Counted from the first letter of the stretch, positions 1 through 13,600 are shown. The stretch: 64,000 bases of DNA from Balanoglossus misakiensis (GCA_040954595.2 CM082590.2:9946088-10010087); one strand, 5' to 3'. Made by a program: numbers and translations. Notes: a model not told the origin generated them from the letters alone.

Positions 1-1784
1 ATCTGACAGTTTTTGTCAGGTCTACCTAACGGTTTAAGTCTTGGTCTCTTGGTAAATTAAAGTAGACGAATCGAGATTGCATGTGACAGACACAGACGAG
101 CAAACCCGCCATGTTTGTAGAGAAACAAGTTTCTAAATCGGGATACAGCTAGATTTTCTCTAAGCCATATGATGAATCGTCTGTCCGTGTGTAAGCAAAA
201 ATTGACCTCGCTCGGTACGACGGTAAACTCCACCATGATTTGAACCTATCACAGCCAGGAATGCGAACTTGCAACAGAAAGATTTTTCCAGGTAAAATAG
301 AGCCTTTAAATTTCCTCAACCGATCACAGTTTTCAGTGCCGACAGTGACTGTTAAGACTGGATAAATATTATGATATCCGAAGCATTGACTGGTACACAG
401 TACCGTAGAGCTCGTTCCACCATTGGGACACGAGTATACACGAACAATCCACTGCATATATATTTGATATCGCCAATTATTTGTCACCAACACTGACATC
501 AATCTAGCAGATTGGAGTGCTTCTAACTCCCAAGACGCGACGCCCTTTCATTCCAGGGAGGAAAAGCATTCGTTTGCTACCAAAATCATCATACCCGAGT
601 TCTGAAATTCAGGCAGACGACAATTTGTGGTCGTAAAGGTGACGACAATGCCGGCACAACTCAACCCTGCAACAAGGAACAGAACCGCAGCGCTGAGAAC
701 AATGCGGGTGCTTTTGCATTTTCCACGGAGCTCTAGTAAATAGTTTTTTGGTGTAGCAGCAAGCCAGTCTTAATCTGTAGTTCGAGAATTTAAACACACT
801 CGGTTCAGTGGCAGGGGCATCATAAAACTTAAATAAGAATACGGATTGACTCGGGCTGTTCAGTGCACGTTACGTAAAACCTCATAAACCCGAATAAGAC
901 GAGCAGGCTTTGATATATGTTGCCATTACCGACCCAGGCTCCACCCTTCGCTTATTAAACGACACGGCCTCCTGTTTCCCTGCAGTGCCTATAAACTCAA
1001 AGCATTTGACTTGTCGTTCTTTATGGAACAAATCAAAGACCAGCCGCAGTAGTTGTGTTCTTTGTCCCGCTTGCTGTTGTTGTCGACACCAGGCAGAGAA
1101 ATGTCATATTTTTCTTCTCGGATATACATCTTCATCGTTCATGATGAGTCTCAAACAGGATGACATTTCGGCGAATATCTAGAATGACACATCGAATATA
1201 ACTCGATTTGTCAAGTGCGCCTCATATGAGTGATGAGACTTAGAACAAAATTAATGAAAATCGAACTTTCTTAATTATGTGTGAAATTACTTCCGCAGTG
1301 AAACTATGGCGGATGGACAGGCTGTAATGTCTCGTCACGTCGTCTTCCGGAGGCCAGGTTCATTTAGTCCCATGGTGCCAGGGTGGGCTTCGGTTGTCTC
1401 GCTCTCACGAACTTGTCTCTGATACAGATGAGAGCTTCTCTGTCGATTTTGGTCTTGTTGGGTCGATTCGGATTGCTGGCAAACCGATGAAGGTCCATTA
1501 TAGACATTACCATCCGTCACCTGCTACAAAAATGCCATCCACGATTTGCATTTCGCTTGATTCGCACCATCAGTAGTGATACCACCAATCCATGTATAAT
1601 GAATCCAATATAAACTTGATCCAAAATAAGTTTTCTTCTTTGGAAAAATTAGGAAACTGTATTAGCAACTAAATGCATCTCAAGATGTGTCTGTATATAT
1701 GTTTCGGTACAACAGTCCAGCATACCAAAATGGCGACGAACTTGATTACTCTGACACAACTGGTCCGCATAAAGACCATTCCCT

Positions 1785-1798
1785 GTAACCATGGTAAC
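1785..1798. promoter_or_regulatory. RFX-type X-box (GTAACCATGGTAAC) downstream of Hox5
   Basis: 14-nt imperfect palindrome fitting GTNRCC-N2-RGYAAC. A YY1-type AAAATGGCG lies at 1727-1735. Motif match only. Confidence 0.3.
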
Positions 1799-1932
1799 CT
1801 TTCGCCAATTGGAAGAAATACCATGCCTCCCAAAAGATAACTACGAACCACCACCTAGTCACATTTTAAAGCAAGTACCAGAACGCGGGGAAAAATCATC
1901 CTTCTCAAATAAACTTTCGACAAGAACACTTA

Positions 1933-1938
1933 TTTATT
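1933..1938 (-). terminator. Probable Hox5 polyadenylation signal (AATAAA)
   Basis: First AATAAA I found on the minus strand after the Hox5 stop at 2929. It implies an AT-rich 3' UTR of about 1 kb. Confidence 0.45.
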
Positions 1939-2928
1939 TATCTCACAAACGGAGCTACTACAATTTAACGACGAGACAGGGTAAAAACAAAAGAATAAAT
2001 GTCAACATTTTTTTTCCGTTGAAAGAACTTGGTAAACGATCGTTAACAGACACGGCCCAACCGCCAAAGAAAAAAATCGGTGGGTATTGAAGTCATACTT
2101 GTTGGTAGTATAAGTTAGCTTGTTCTCCTCCTTGTTAAAAAATAAATTATCCTTAGTTAAATGATATGAAAGTACAGAAACTACATTTTTGTGGCGAACA
2201 ATTACCGGGTTGTGTTGACATCAACTTTAGTACTTCGCAACGTATGTATAACAATATACACAGAGTAAAATAACAAGCTTGTAGTTTTTGAGCGTACTAC
2301 GGGCAGAGGGCGTACACACGAGAGGTTTGCTCACGATAAAGCGATCTCTAATGTCCATCTACACCGTAATGTATGATGAACTAATAAATACTCACAAATA
2401 TAAATTTTTATCACCCCATAACGTTTACGGCAGCCGGGAACACGTGGTTACAAGACGCGCACATGTGTGCTTGATTCACTCGTTCGAAAAATAACTTAAA
2501 AACGACATCTTTCAAGTTTCTTTGTCGTTTCCAGCGAAAAATAAACGTTATTTGAGACGCCTGTTGTCCCAGCCTCAGAAGAATATATGGTATTTCCTTT
2601 GTATGAGGATGCTCGGAATGTTGCTTAAGATAAAAAATGTCCCTAGCATTCCCCCTGCACTCTAACGTACAGAATATATATATAGCTTAGTGAGAAAGAA
2701 ATGCCAAAATGTACAAATAACAAATCTTGTTGAAAAAGTAGTGGAATATGTCAACCTCTGCAGCAATGCGCGGTTCAAAACCAAAAATCCCGAACTTCAA
2801 AGTAAAATCTGCAGCCTCATGTTTATACACATCATCGTTAAGTAAATAGTCAGCCGCTGGCCTATAGTGTGTCATGGTTAGTTTTCTGCCCCCCCCCCCT
2901 CTCAAAAAGGAAAAACATCGGCGGTTTG

Positions 2929-3221
2929 CTAGTCTTCGGGACTCGGTGGTCCTGCTGGTACCCTCGTGGCGTCTATACTTCCGTTCTTCGGGTCTTCCAT
3001 AAGTTGTGATATGCTTTTAACATTGTGTTCTTTCTTCCATTTCATTCGCCTGTTCTGAAACCAGATTTTGATCTGTCGTTCGCTCAGCCCCAGCGCGTGC
3101 GCGATCTCGATTCTCCGTCTGCGAGTCAGGTACCGGTTGAAGTGAAACTCCTTCTCTAACTCCAGAGTCTGGTAACGCGTGTATGCTGTCCTGCTGCGTT
3201 TCGCTTCCATGCCGTTCGCAC
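2929..3221 (-). CDS. Hox5: Hox5 exon 2 (homeodomain and C-terminus)
   Basis: Acceptor ...tctag|GT GCG AAC GGC ATG. Encodes [64 protein letters not shown]. The RTAY arm and KKEH tail are typical of Hox5/Scr. Joined with exon 1: 439+293=732 nt, 243 aa. Confidence 0.95.
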
Positions 3222-4790
3222 CTAGACCCCGAAAAGAATAGGAAACACCACATCACCCACAAAATCATTGAACGTGTCAAAGAAATGTTTACATGGGGGC
3301 GGGGGACATGCCCGCCAGAAACTGTCAGACGATAAAAATAATCGTCGCATTTGGCACATTCTGACCTGAAATACGGGAGTTTGGGTTCACAGAATTTCGT
3401 CGGCTGACTAAACTTTAAACATCGGTAATTACTCGAGGAAACACTGGGAATTTGCAGCGGAGGAAGTTACGTGTGGAGATTATGGGGGTCTATTAACTGA
3501 GGTCGTTTGCGGTTCCAGAACACCATGAAATCGCGGACAATTCCAGTGATAAACCTAACGAGAATTCTTGACCCCAGTAGAGACTGTTTCTTGTGGTGGC
3601 CATACTTTCTCTACAACACAAGGATAGGCTAATGACTACACTGAGACTCGCTCTACAAGGACGCAAAGACGTTTTATCAGGCCGACACCGACGAGTTTTG
3701 GAATATTTCCGTTCTCAAGCAAATGTGTATTTCTGACATGACATCAGACATAAACATGACAGACAATGCAATCAATAACTTCAACACAAAATCGGCACCA
3801 AAATATGTGGAGCTTTCTACGCATCTGTAGGAGAGTGAATATCACTCAAGTCAAGTTCATATGGCCCTAACCGCATTCAAAGCGTTTTAACAAAGCGATT
3901 GACAGTGCGAGGCGTGTATGACTGTAGTCGTCGTAATTTATTTTCAGGGAGGAGAATGATAGTTACTGGCGGGACGGGCCATAACAAAGGGGCTACATAC
4001 GTCGTTCATATTTGCTTATAATACCTTACACTGAGGACAAGCTTCTGTCAAAACAACAGTATGAATGAAATTTTTCCAGAGAGCACCGTTTGGACCACTT
4101 GTGGTGACATAAATCGGACCAAAACTAACCTAGTCATAAATTGCCTCCATAATTCACACGGATTTTGATAAAACTGTCATTTTTGTGGACAAAAAATGTC
4201 ATTCACACCAGCTGAATGACGTCCAACGCTACTGTGTTACGTTGGAGGAATTAATAGCGTTTGAAATAAATCGTGGAATATAATAAATCTAAAGAAAGCA
4301 TTTAGAATGACCATATGATTAAGTAATGTGTTAATAGAATTCCCTTGGTAGCAAGCACATAACTTGGTAGTCGTTTGGCGTTTGTGTAATAATACGAGCG
4401 CACTCAGCGACTACAAGTTGCCGATAGACAGGAGGTTTTTTCCGGTCGTTTCCGACTTTCAGCCACCAATTTAAGAACACCCTTCTTCTTTCCTGTCTAC
4501 CGAGGCCCTTGAAACTGTTTTGTTTTGGTCGTGTGGGTTCGAGAAATGCGGAGTTTACTTGTAGGGATCTTAAAGACCAGGGACGCTCTACTCGCCTGCT
4601 CGTTTTAAAGGGCTTGAATACGTAACGCACGCATGCAAGATCTGAGGGACTATCTGAGAGGTTGGGGGGATACACCGAGGTGCACATGCAGGATGGAATC
4701 GCTTCCTATACTTTGAAACATGTTTTTCTCAGTGTCTGTCCTTTTCCAAAGCTTTGAGCAACTGCAGAGATTTGTTGACATCCCCCTCAC
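3222..4790 (-). other. Hox5: Hox5 intron (1569 nt, phase 1, GT-AG)
   Basis: Donor CAG|gtgagg at 4790 and acceptor tag| at 3222 preserve the reading frame. Confidence 0.9.
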
Positions 4791-5229
4791 CTGAACTCAT
4801 GTGCATTTTGCGCATCCAAGGGTACACCATCGAGTCGGACTGTGAATTAACGGCGCCGTTGCCTGTGTTTTTCTCCGCTCCGTTCATCCCGTTGCCGCCG
4901 AGGCCGTTCTCCAGACTAGGAGACGTCGACGGCGTGTTCCTGGCGGCCGAGATCGGCGTCGTTTCCATGTTCGCCGCGATGTTGTACGAGGTGTGCGTCG
5001 GGGTATGGGTGAGTCGGTTGTTGACCGCCGGCGGCTGCAGAACGCTCGCTTCTGTCGGGTAGTACGGAGTGTCATGCTGGTTGGTATACTGGTAGCCCGC
5101 GTTGTAGTTCACTGTTGACGACGAAACGGGACTGTAGTGTCGGTTGCTTCCATTGTAGTGTTGCACTTGGAAATCCTGGCCATTTTGAAATCGGCTCGTT
5201 AGCGACGAGTTCACAAAATACGAGCTCAT
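4791..5229 (-). CDS. Hox5: Hox5 exon 1 (SSYF motif, hexapeptide)
   Basis: MSSYFVNS start and the VYPWMRKMH hexapeptide region typical of paralogy group 5, followed by a splice donor. Confidence 0.95.
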
Positions 5230-5246
5230 TTGTCTTGTTTATTTGG

Positions 5247-5418
5247 GTGATTTGTGGCTCTTGACTCGCTCTAATGTCGATGATCGCAGTCTCGTTTGAT
5301 GAATTGTACTGAAGACTTGAGCACACCCACCACAAGCTATAAAAGCCAAATAAGGATAAATGATCAGTCACGTGAACACCGCCACCCAATCAAATGGTAC
5401 GCACATGACCCGGGGTCA
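5247..5418 (-). promoter_or_regulatory. Hox5 5' leader and proximal promoter
   Basis: CACAAATCAC at 5247-5256, AT-rich box at 5337-5344, E-box AGTCACGTGA at 5366-5375, CCAATCAAA at 5386-5394, everted half-site pair TGACCC-G-GGGTCA at 5406-5418. Confidence 0.7.
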
Positions 5419-6056
5419 ACAGCATACACATGCTGCACTGTTTAATATTGCATTCACCAAGAAACAAAGGGAGATATTCTTGATAAAAATATATACATTT
5501 TAAAAATGGTCGCTTGCGAGGCAAAAATTATCGTCTGCCTGTATTAGTTCCGGTGATTCGAACTCGTTACGCTTGAAGTTTCACTTGCTGACCCAAAAAT
5601 TAGAGCTCCGTAGAAAACAAAAACACCCGCATCGCAGTGTGACAACTGCAGTATTCCTGAGTAGAGTGAATCACACACTGAACTAAATCAGCAAACGTCA
5701 AAATCTTGTCCTCTGACAGAAAATCACTGTATCGTCTTACAAATTACACCTGACTTTTAGCCTCGGGTTCGCAGAACGTAGCTGCCATGTGCCCTGTCAG
5801 GTTGCAATGACTCTACAGAGCGTCGTAAAACGGTGTGTTTTATTGAAATTTGAAATGAGCCTCTAACAGTACGTAAGTAGGCGAGATTACGACACTGCAA
5901 ATAAAAACTTTGTCCCAACATAAAAGGATGTCATTACTTTAACCTGTGAAATAACTCCAGCGCTGTCATCAAATTATAATTTACACCGGTTTATACTCGT
6001 TTCCGCATCTACAGTCTATAATATCAACGATTCCTGATAGGAGCAAGTCAACTCAC

Positions 6057-6210
6057 TTAAAGGGACAAAGTCTCTCTCTCGCTGCCCTTTTCCATTAATT
6101 ATGTTTGATACAAGACACTGTTTATGTTAATATACATGTGTATATGTAGTGAATGAACGTTCAAACATAATTAATGGAAAATGGGGAAGAAGTGGGACTT
6201 GTCCCTTTAA
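6057..6210. mobile_element. 146-bp MITE-like element with TTAA target-site duplication (Kolobok-like ends)
   Basis: TTAA|AGGGACAA...TTGTCCCT|TTAA. A perfect 21-bp internal inverted repeat (6088-6108 / 6161-6181). No ORF. Confidence 0.75.
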
Positions 6211-6663
6211 TGCAAGTGAAAATCGATTTGAATGGGCGACCACAAATACATCCGGACATTTTTGTCATTAAATGCTACTAACACAGAGACCGTCTTTTTA
6301 TTTTGTTAGTTTTTAGGCTATTTGGGGACGAATTAATCTGTACTGACGTCTCTCAGAGAAATTCGACACATTTGAAATACCGTAGAGTACCAGCTTTTAA
6401 AAAGTACACGCGTGTATATCATTTGCTATCTTGATAAGCTCGTCAATAATAACAAACGATTTGTCATTCTTATCGGTGTTATTAATGAAACGCGATTTAT
6501 CATTTGGAAGAGCTCTGCAATGTGTGAGGCCAGTCTAACAACACTGCTGTGTTACACCATACTACATCATTGCTATCTTGATGTTTTGAAAGCATTGTGG
6601 CCCTCACTGGCCCTGTTTTGACGAGGCTGTATAACAGTGGTACATACATGTATCCATACATGT

Positions 6664-6694
<31 letters not shown>

Positions 6695-6726
6695 TACAGA
6701 CACAGACAGACAGGCAGGCAGGCAGA
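6664..6726. repeat. (CAGA)n/(CAGG)n microsatellite
   Basis: Directly visible tetranucleotide run. Confidence 0.95.
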
Positions 6727-7564
6727 TGGGCTGGGCATATGCTTTTAGGAAGACAGGTAGAGACAGACCAGACAAGTATATCGGGTAAAATAATAGTACC
6801 ATGGCAAACAGACATGCGTGATTAGCGAATATCCTTAAAATGAGAACTGACCACGCACACAACAGACGAACAAACACTGCAGTCTTCTGGGAAGGCAAAT
6901 GGCTCGGCACAAGATTTAAAACAGTGGCAGTTTCAGTCCACACACCTGTTTGCATTGAAGGGATGACTGACTGACCAATCAAAACACTTCATTTAGTCGC
7001 TGATTTGAAGTCGTGGAGGGGGGCATTTGATGAAAATCTGGAAACTCATCAAAAGTTACGACAGCAGCCCAAGTAGTGAGCGATGCCAGATAGTATGCAA
7101 ATGAGGCAAACTGAATTCTCAATTTCAGGAAAAAGAGAAAGAAAAACACGACCGAAATCTTCTGCTTGTCATTACAATTGCAACATGTTCCTGTCGGTGA
7201 GATAACATCTACAACATCTCATTCGAAGGCGAGTTGTCTCAAACGCATTTTTGTCGTAATGGAAATTGTGATTGTTGAAACGAAATTAAACGTTTCTTCT
7301 AGAAGAAAAAATGTCGTTTAGTTCCCACTTTTCTTATCAAACGAGATAAAGATATGTTTGGGGGCTAGCGGGCATGTTACCTTTCCAATACTAGTGTCTT
7401 GCCATTTAACAGAGGAAAGATCTCTCAGATAATGTTTTGACTGATTTTCTTTTATGAGACGGTTAACTATGGGTTCTTGTATAATATATATATGCTACAG
7501 GATTTTTGTTCTGCACTCTACAGCATACTACAATGGATATTATTCTCTATAACCATCGTGTCAC

Positions 7565-7623
7565 CATTGTTATTATTGTCAATCGAATTCAAGTCCGGAC
7601 ATGAATTCGATTTCTCAGCAATA
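7565..7623. repeat. Palindromic dispersed repeat centred on GTCCGGAC (copy 1)
   Basis: AATCGAATTCA-A-GTCCGGAC-A-TGAATTCGATT at 7581-7612 is a 32-nt palindrome with one mismatched pair. A related copy lies at about 21962-22025. Confidence 0.6.
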
Positions 7624-10600
7624 CATCAAATGTTGTCTTAATGTATACAGACTAGAACGGTGTTGATGGGATAAATATTAAGCGTGGGACAGGAGTGGTT
7701 TTAATTGATCGTTGATGAATTTTTCCACGCCATTTTAAATAAGATAAGAGATATCAATTTGATTAGAAGGAAGACACTCCCCATCAGAAATAGTCAGCTT
7801 ATTTTAACTCTATATACGTGTACTGCTTGCATTTTGATTTTATACCCTTTTTCGATCGCCAATTTTCTTTCTTTTATCAGCCATCCGTGATCCAGTAAAT
7901 GAATTGTCGCTCTACTGCCCCGGGACTATAAATTATTCCATACACTACATGGCAGCTGACGACATGTAACCTTTGCACTTTGACCCCAAACAGCAGTTAT
8001 GACAATAGGCAAGCCCACACAGGACAAGGCACATACTGTATTGCAGGACAGGAAAAAAATGAACAGAAATAAAACCCGGGAACTTATCACATACAGATCC
8101 TGAATTCAATGTTCTATAGGGCCGATGCTTAAAATATCTGGAAAATGAAACAACGCCTCCCTTTTCTGCAAAATTAACGGCACATTTAGGCCTATAAGTA
8201 AAACCCGCCAATCCATCAATTCTGTGGCGTAAGATTACTAGTATAATTATATCTTACAGTACCAGCAAAAATGGCTTTGGACTCGGAAAAGTAAAGTTCA
8301 GCGTTACAAATAATTTCATCACGTTATAATTAATATAGTTATAGATGGAAAGAAGCGTATGATAATATACGGCATGTTTTATCGTTTGCTGAGAATTTGT
8401 TTTTGTGTGGGTTAAAGGATTGGGCCTATTGGTTGGTAAATATATATTTTTAGAGGTTTAAAAATGTAGCTACACTACTCTACTCATCTGAGTCTACGCA
8501 GCTTAATTTACAGCGCGGGAGAACGATTGCGCGCCAAGTCGTGAGCGCGGGAACCGATGAAGCGTAGGACGCCACGCTGCTGTCTTGCAACAGGAAGTGG
8601 CACCGTCGCGCTGTGGCGCTGCTGCTATGGTAACACCGGCAAGAAATGTGACAAAATGTGGAAGTCTAAAACTGCACAATATATAGTCAAATTATCACTC
8701 TGAAAAAAATCACGGTTTTCGTCGGAATTTTCTAATTTCGTTTCTCTTGTCAGGGGGTGTTTTTCAACTACTTGGCAAGACACGTGTCCGAGAAATAGAC
8801 ATACAAAGACAATAGTGTAGCCTCATTGGCGCCCTGTCAATGCTTCCTATTCAATCAAGTAGAAAAATGTTGTAACATTTTATATAAGAGTACACACACA
8901 AGAAACAAAACACAAGATACTGATAAATTTCCTTGGTTCAAACATATGATTTGTCCAGACAAGAAAAATGTTATTTGTAAAGCCTGAAAGGGGAACTGGT
9001 CCTATCAGCAGGGAAAAAAGACAGACAGAATGAAAAAAGAAAAAGAAAAGAAAAAGCCATGAGTTCATCAGATCATTCTAAAGTATTGATTTCTTCATAC
9101 AGTATTAAAACAGCGGTAGACTTCACTTGTCCCAAGTAGGGTTAGGGATTTCGTACCAGACAGACAAAAAAAAATAACTTCAAAAGTTTTGAGTAATCAG
9201 AAGTACTCAATATACAGTAGGCGCACATGGAGACTGATAAAATGAATTTGTTATCGGTCTTATCAAAGGTTGAGGATGTTTTCACGATAACGACTGACGA
9301 TACCGTTTTCTGCCAAAAATAACTGGATCATTCAGCTGCGATGTAGAATGACAATCGAACAGAATGCTTACCAAGTACATGTAGCTAACTTGGCTTGGAT
9401 TGGTATGATCGCAAATATGAACTCGACTTAACTAACAAAGTTTTAATACTATTTCTTCACTTTTTTCTGTTTTAGGTTTACGCCAGCGAAGGAGCAGACG
9501 ACAAGAGATTTCTAAAATTGATGTCAATCTACAACAAAGCGTACGTATTGCATTTCAGTGTTGTGGTTGCATTATATGTTTATAGGGATGGAATTTTATA
9601 CACAACCCCACAACGCCGACGTATCATTTTGTGTTCATTTAAATAAACAGATGCAGATAACTGAAAAAGTAAACACGCGTTCTAAGTTGATATTTTTTAT
9701 TTATTCTGAATGCACTGTCGTGTTTGCATTGTTCTTTCAAAATGGGGTCAATTTACAACACTCTGGGATTTTTGGTGCTCGTTTGTAGGCCGTTAAGAAA
9801 TAGAAGAGAACTGCCAAACGTTCTGGCAAAATCTGCAATTTGTACTCATGATTTTAAATTGAGGTCAGACATATCGTTCAGGTAATAGGTTTTATTTTAG
9901 GCATACACTAACCCTTATATTTCAAACACCATTTTTAAAAATAAAGTTTGGAAAAAAAGGTGGCAATTTCATCAGTCTGTAAATTCGAACAATTGCGGGC
10001 AGATACAAAATGTTTGTAGGTCATGCCTCACGGTTACTATAGACACCCATTTGAAGGAATCATTAACTGATTCTGGATAAAAAAAGGCAAGCACCGACTC
10101 TTTAATATAAGAGTAAAAGGTATTCGAACGGTTGCACTGAAATAATCTCTTGTAGTCTGCGCGACTAATTATACTACAGGTAGCCCTGCGGCTGTTTTGT
10201 CGACGAATGACTGTTTACCGGGCCTTCAATTTTCCACCCAGCCCGTTAAAACAAGAAGGTTAGGATTTCTCTCCGACCCCTTTTTAAAAACCAACTGTTC
10301 TTGGCTGATAGGTCACTATTTAAGTTACCGTGTCCCCAAGCTAACGTTGCTAGTGTATGAGAATTCTCCCGCCTGCGGCATGTCAACGCGCAATCAAAAA
10401 ATAGTCCAAATTCGATACATGTACATCAAACTATACTAGAAGGGACAACAAACATTTTTGGATTCAACTTTTTTGTACATATGGTGTGACTGGAATAACA
10501 AAAATAACCAACGAGAATATCCGTTCACATATCAGTATATTGAGTCGCCGCGTCTGCTGAAGGTATATACAGTGCCTGTTACTCTATCTTAGAATAGAAT

Positions 10601-13600
10601 ACTCATGATTAATTGGTCCCAGGTGTAGACATCACAGTATGCATGCTATCTACTACATACCAAAAGCATACATTTGCGTACACTGTAGCAAAGTACAGAG
10701 CACGCACACTTACAACGAGAATCTGAACCTGATTTGCATGTTATCGAAGGGTAAAAATCGCCTTGTGCTTTTTCACTTAGCTACAGGGGTTACCAGGATT
10801 GGCGGAGAAGAATGCATTCGCCGTAAAAAGGGTAATTACTTTGCCAAGATCAAAGTTTAATGAATCTGTTACACCGAGGCTATATTATTCTGTGTCGCAG
10901 ATTAAGCTACACGTCATTCGGGATACCCTTAATCATTTCGCATTAAGTGTAATGCCCTGACACCGACCCTCAGCATTCGACTCTAGAATTGGTAGTCATC
11001 CCTTAAAAGAACATCAGTTCTATCTTTTGGCTTAGATCCAGTATTTTTGCACTAAATGTCTTGTTCTACTCCAAACAGCATGCCAATATACCGTATACTC
11101 CTGTATTTCCTGATTATAAATTCTGTTCAAGGTACTGTCTTGCCATCGATCTGTACATCTATTTTTGTCTGTCGCTTTCTTGGTCAGTAGGTCAGTCAGA
11201 CTGTCTGTCTGTCTGTCACCTACATGTTTGTTTTCCTAATCAATCAGTCAAACCAATCCGTCACTGCGTCCACTTATCAGCCCTGTTTACCACTTCCGGT
11301 ATACTGCGCATGTACACTAACACCCCCATAAAGTAACACTCAACAATTTTGTCCAGCTGTCGATTACGTGAAGAAAGTGAAATTAGGCCAACAGAAAAAA
11401 AATTGAATTTCAGGAACTGTACACCAGAAAAATTCAACAAATTAGAAAGACACTCGTTTCCATAAAATGGAAGCAAAACTTTATGTAAACAGATTCATAT
11501 TATTGTTCGGATTATAAACATTGAAAATTCCACGCAAACGACAGTGTATGTAAATCATGGACCTCTTTAAAAGATAATGACCTGAAATATATTACAATGG
11601 AGCGTATATGGTTTGTATGTCATAAAGTACATAAATCACGTGTAACTGCGTGATAATCGCATTCTTGTGTAAACAACTGAAGAACGAGAATAAAAAAATC
11701 AGATGTAGAAAAGCGACCAAGAATGCCTGAGAAAACAACAGCAGGTGATAAAATTACAATGGAAATATAGAACACCGAAAAAGCCACAAACATGGTTTTT
11801 ACACAGAAAAAAATCACATAATTGTTTAATTGTAGTTGTTCCCCATAAAGCAGTCGTTTCACTCCCCACGGGAATAATTCCCAATCACGGTTCATCGATT
11901 GCGCATTTTTCATGCTAGGGCAATAAGAACTTCAAATTAACCTCTGAAATCCGTGTTATAAATATTAAGCAAACACGATGGAGTTTCTCCGTCTCGGTGC
12001 CTATCTTGTGTTAATGAATCTAGATCTGTCTTTATCTGTCTCTCTGTCCAAACTCTTTCTGTTTTCTGTCTGAAAACCGACACAAAGCACAGACAATACA
12101 ACAATGTGCTATTTGGTTAGCCGAATACAGGGCGAAAGCAAGTGACAGTCAGAGATCTGGATGTGCTGAGCACGTGACATTGTTACAACTTTGAATATCA
12201 CTTGAGATTGAAAACAAAATTATCCTTTCGCACAATTGACCCATCTACACATTTATCTACTCATATATCTACCTGCTTAGCTACAATGTATGTACATAGA
12301 TATATTGATAGATAGATAAGGAGAGGTAAACATAGAAAGGACTGATCGATTGACTGACAGGGAAACAGGGACATGCATAGTGAGGCATGCATACGCACTT
12401 TTAAAGTTAACATTGTACACAACATCAATTTACACAATCCGTCGCGTTTGTACAATACGCCAATTTTATTGTTCAGGCGACTGGTAACTTCGTATGTCCA
12501 CGAGTCCTTAGCACATATGGCTGAAAATATGTTTGGTTGAAAGCTGACGAGTAAAAAAACAACAATGAGAATATTTTAATATTTTAGTATCGTTTACAGT
12601 GGTTGTCATATTAGGAAAATGGCCTTGGTTTGATAATCTCAACAACATTTCTGTGCTGTCCGGCGATCACATTTTGTCGTTCCTATCACTATTTCTGTCC
12701 CTGGACAGAAGTAGGAGATGTCAATTATGAGACAGCTGGTTAAATCTCCGTGTGTTTGCTGTTTCGCTTCTCTTTCGAGCGGACCTTGTTGAAGTCCAGC
12801 CAAGGGGCTGATGCATCGATCACGCTGTAAGTTCAACTGCTCCGCGGGCTTTTACCGTGTTGTCGTTCTGACGACACAGCTCCCGGAGTGCAAACAATTG
12901 ACAGCGTGCAAAAGTGACACTTCAAGACTCGAGAGCAGAAAGTGCAACAACGCCACAATGTCGCCCCGTTCGCCAGCACGGGTTGAATCCATAATCCAGA
13001 TAGAAACTGAACCCCAAACGACAACAATATGGCGAATACTGCACGCTCAAACTCAGAATATTTCTCTACAGTTTGTCCTAAACTTTCTGCGAAGTTTCTT
13101 CAGTACGATTTATGATTATCAGCCGTAATCAATAATAGACCCGTGCGTAATGTTCGTGAGAGGCCAACAATGTTCATCTGATTACGCTGTGTCACAAATT
13201 GAGTTCCCGCCAAAAATGAATGTCATATTTTACCAAAAAATCATCCATTGTCTTAAATGTTTGATCAAAAGATTACCGACACACAGTACGAATACTTTGT
13301 CATCAAAACTGTTGAAATAAAAAATATATTTATGACGTTCTGATTTACACAGTCGTTGGCACGTGACAAGGCGAACGACAGGAAGACTATAACGAGACAC
13401 TTATACAATATATCAAAGGCCACAAATCAAAAACCGATTTTGCAGTCATAAATTTCCAAAGAGGGAAATTGATATCTTAGGAATCACAAGATACTCACAG
13501 TACATGTATGTATTGACGCTTCGAGATCAGTAAATCCAACAGAGCGTTGACAGTCAGGTCGCTGTGCTAATACAACTAGCTTGTACTATTGCATACCGTT

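Noticed and set aside
1780-1787. TACAGGGA (minus strand) as a miR-10 seed site in the Hox5 3' UTR
   Set aside because: It lies downstream of the first AATAAA (1933) and matches only a shifted seed.
1-2928. miR-10 hairpin expected between Hox4 and Hox5
   Set aside because: I found no match to ACCCTGTAGATCCGAATTTG on either strand by eye. It probably lies to the left of the window.
4754-5389. ORFs overlapping Hox5 exon 1 (and equivalent ORFs at 31708-31965, 53214-53561, 56301-56713)
   Set aside because: Shadow frames of GC-rich coding exons with no recognisable protein features.
6500-6982. 160-aa ORF and neighbours with CLSV/TDRQ repeats (also 39697-40137)
   Set aside because: Translations of microsatellites.
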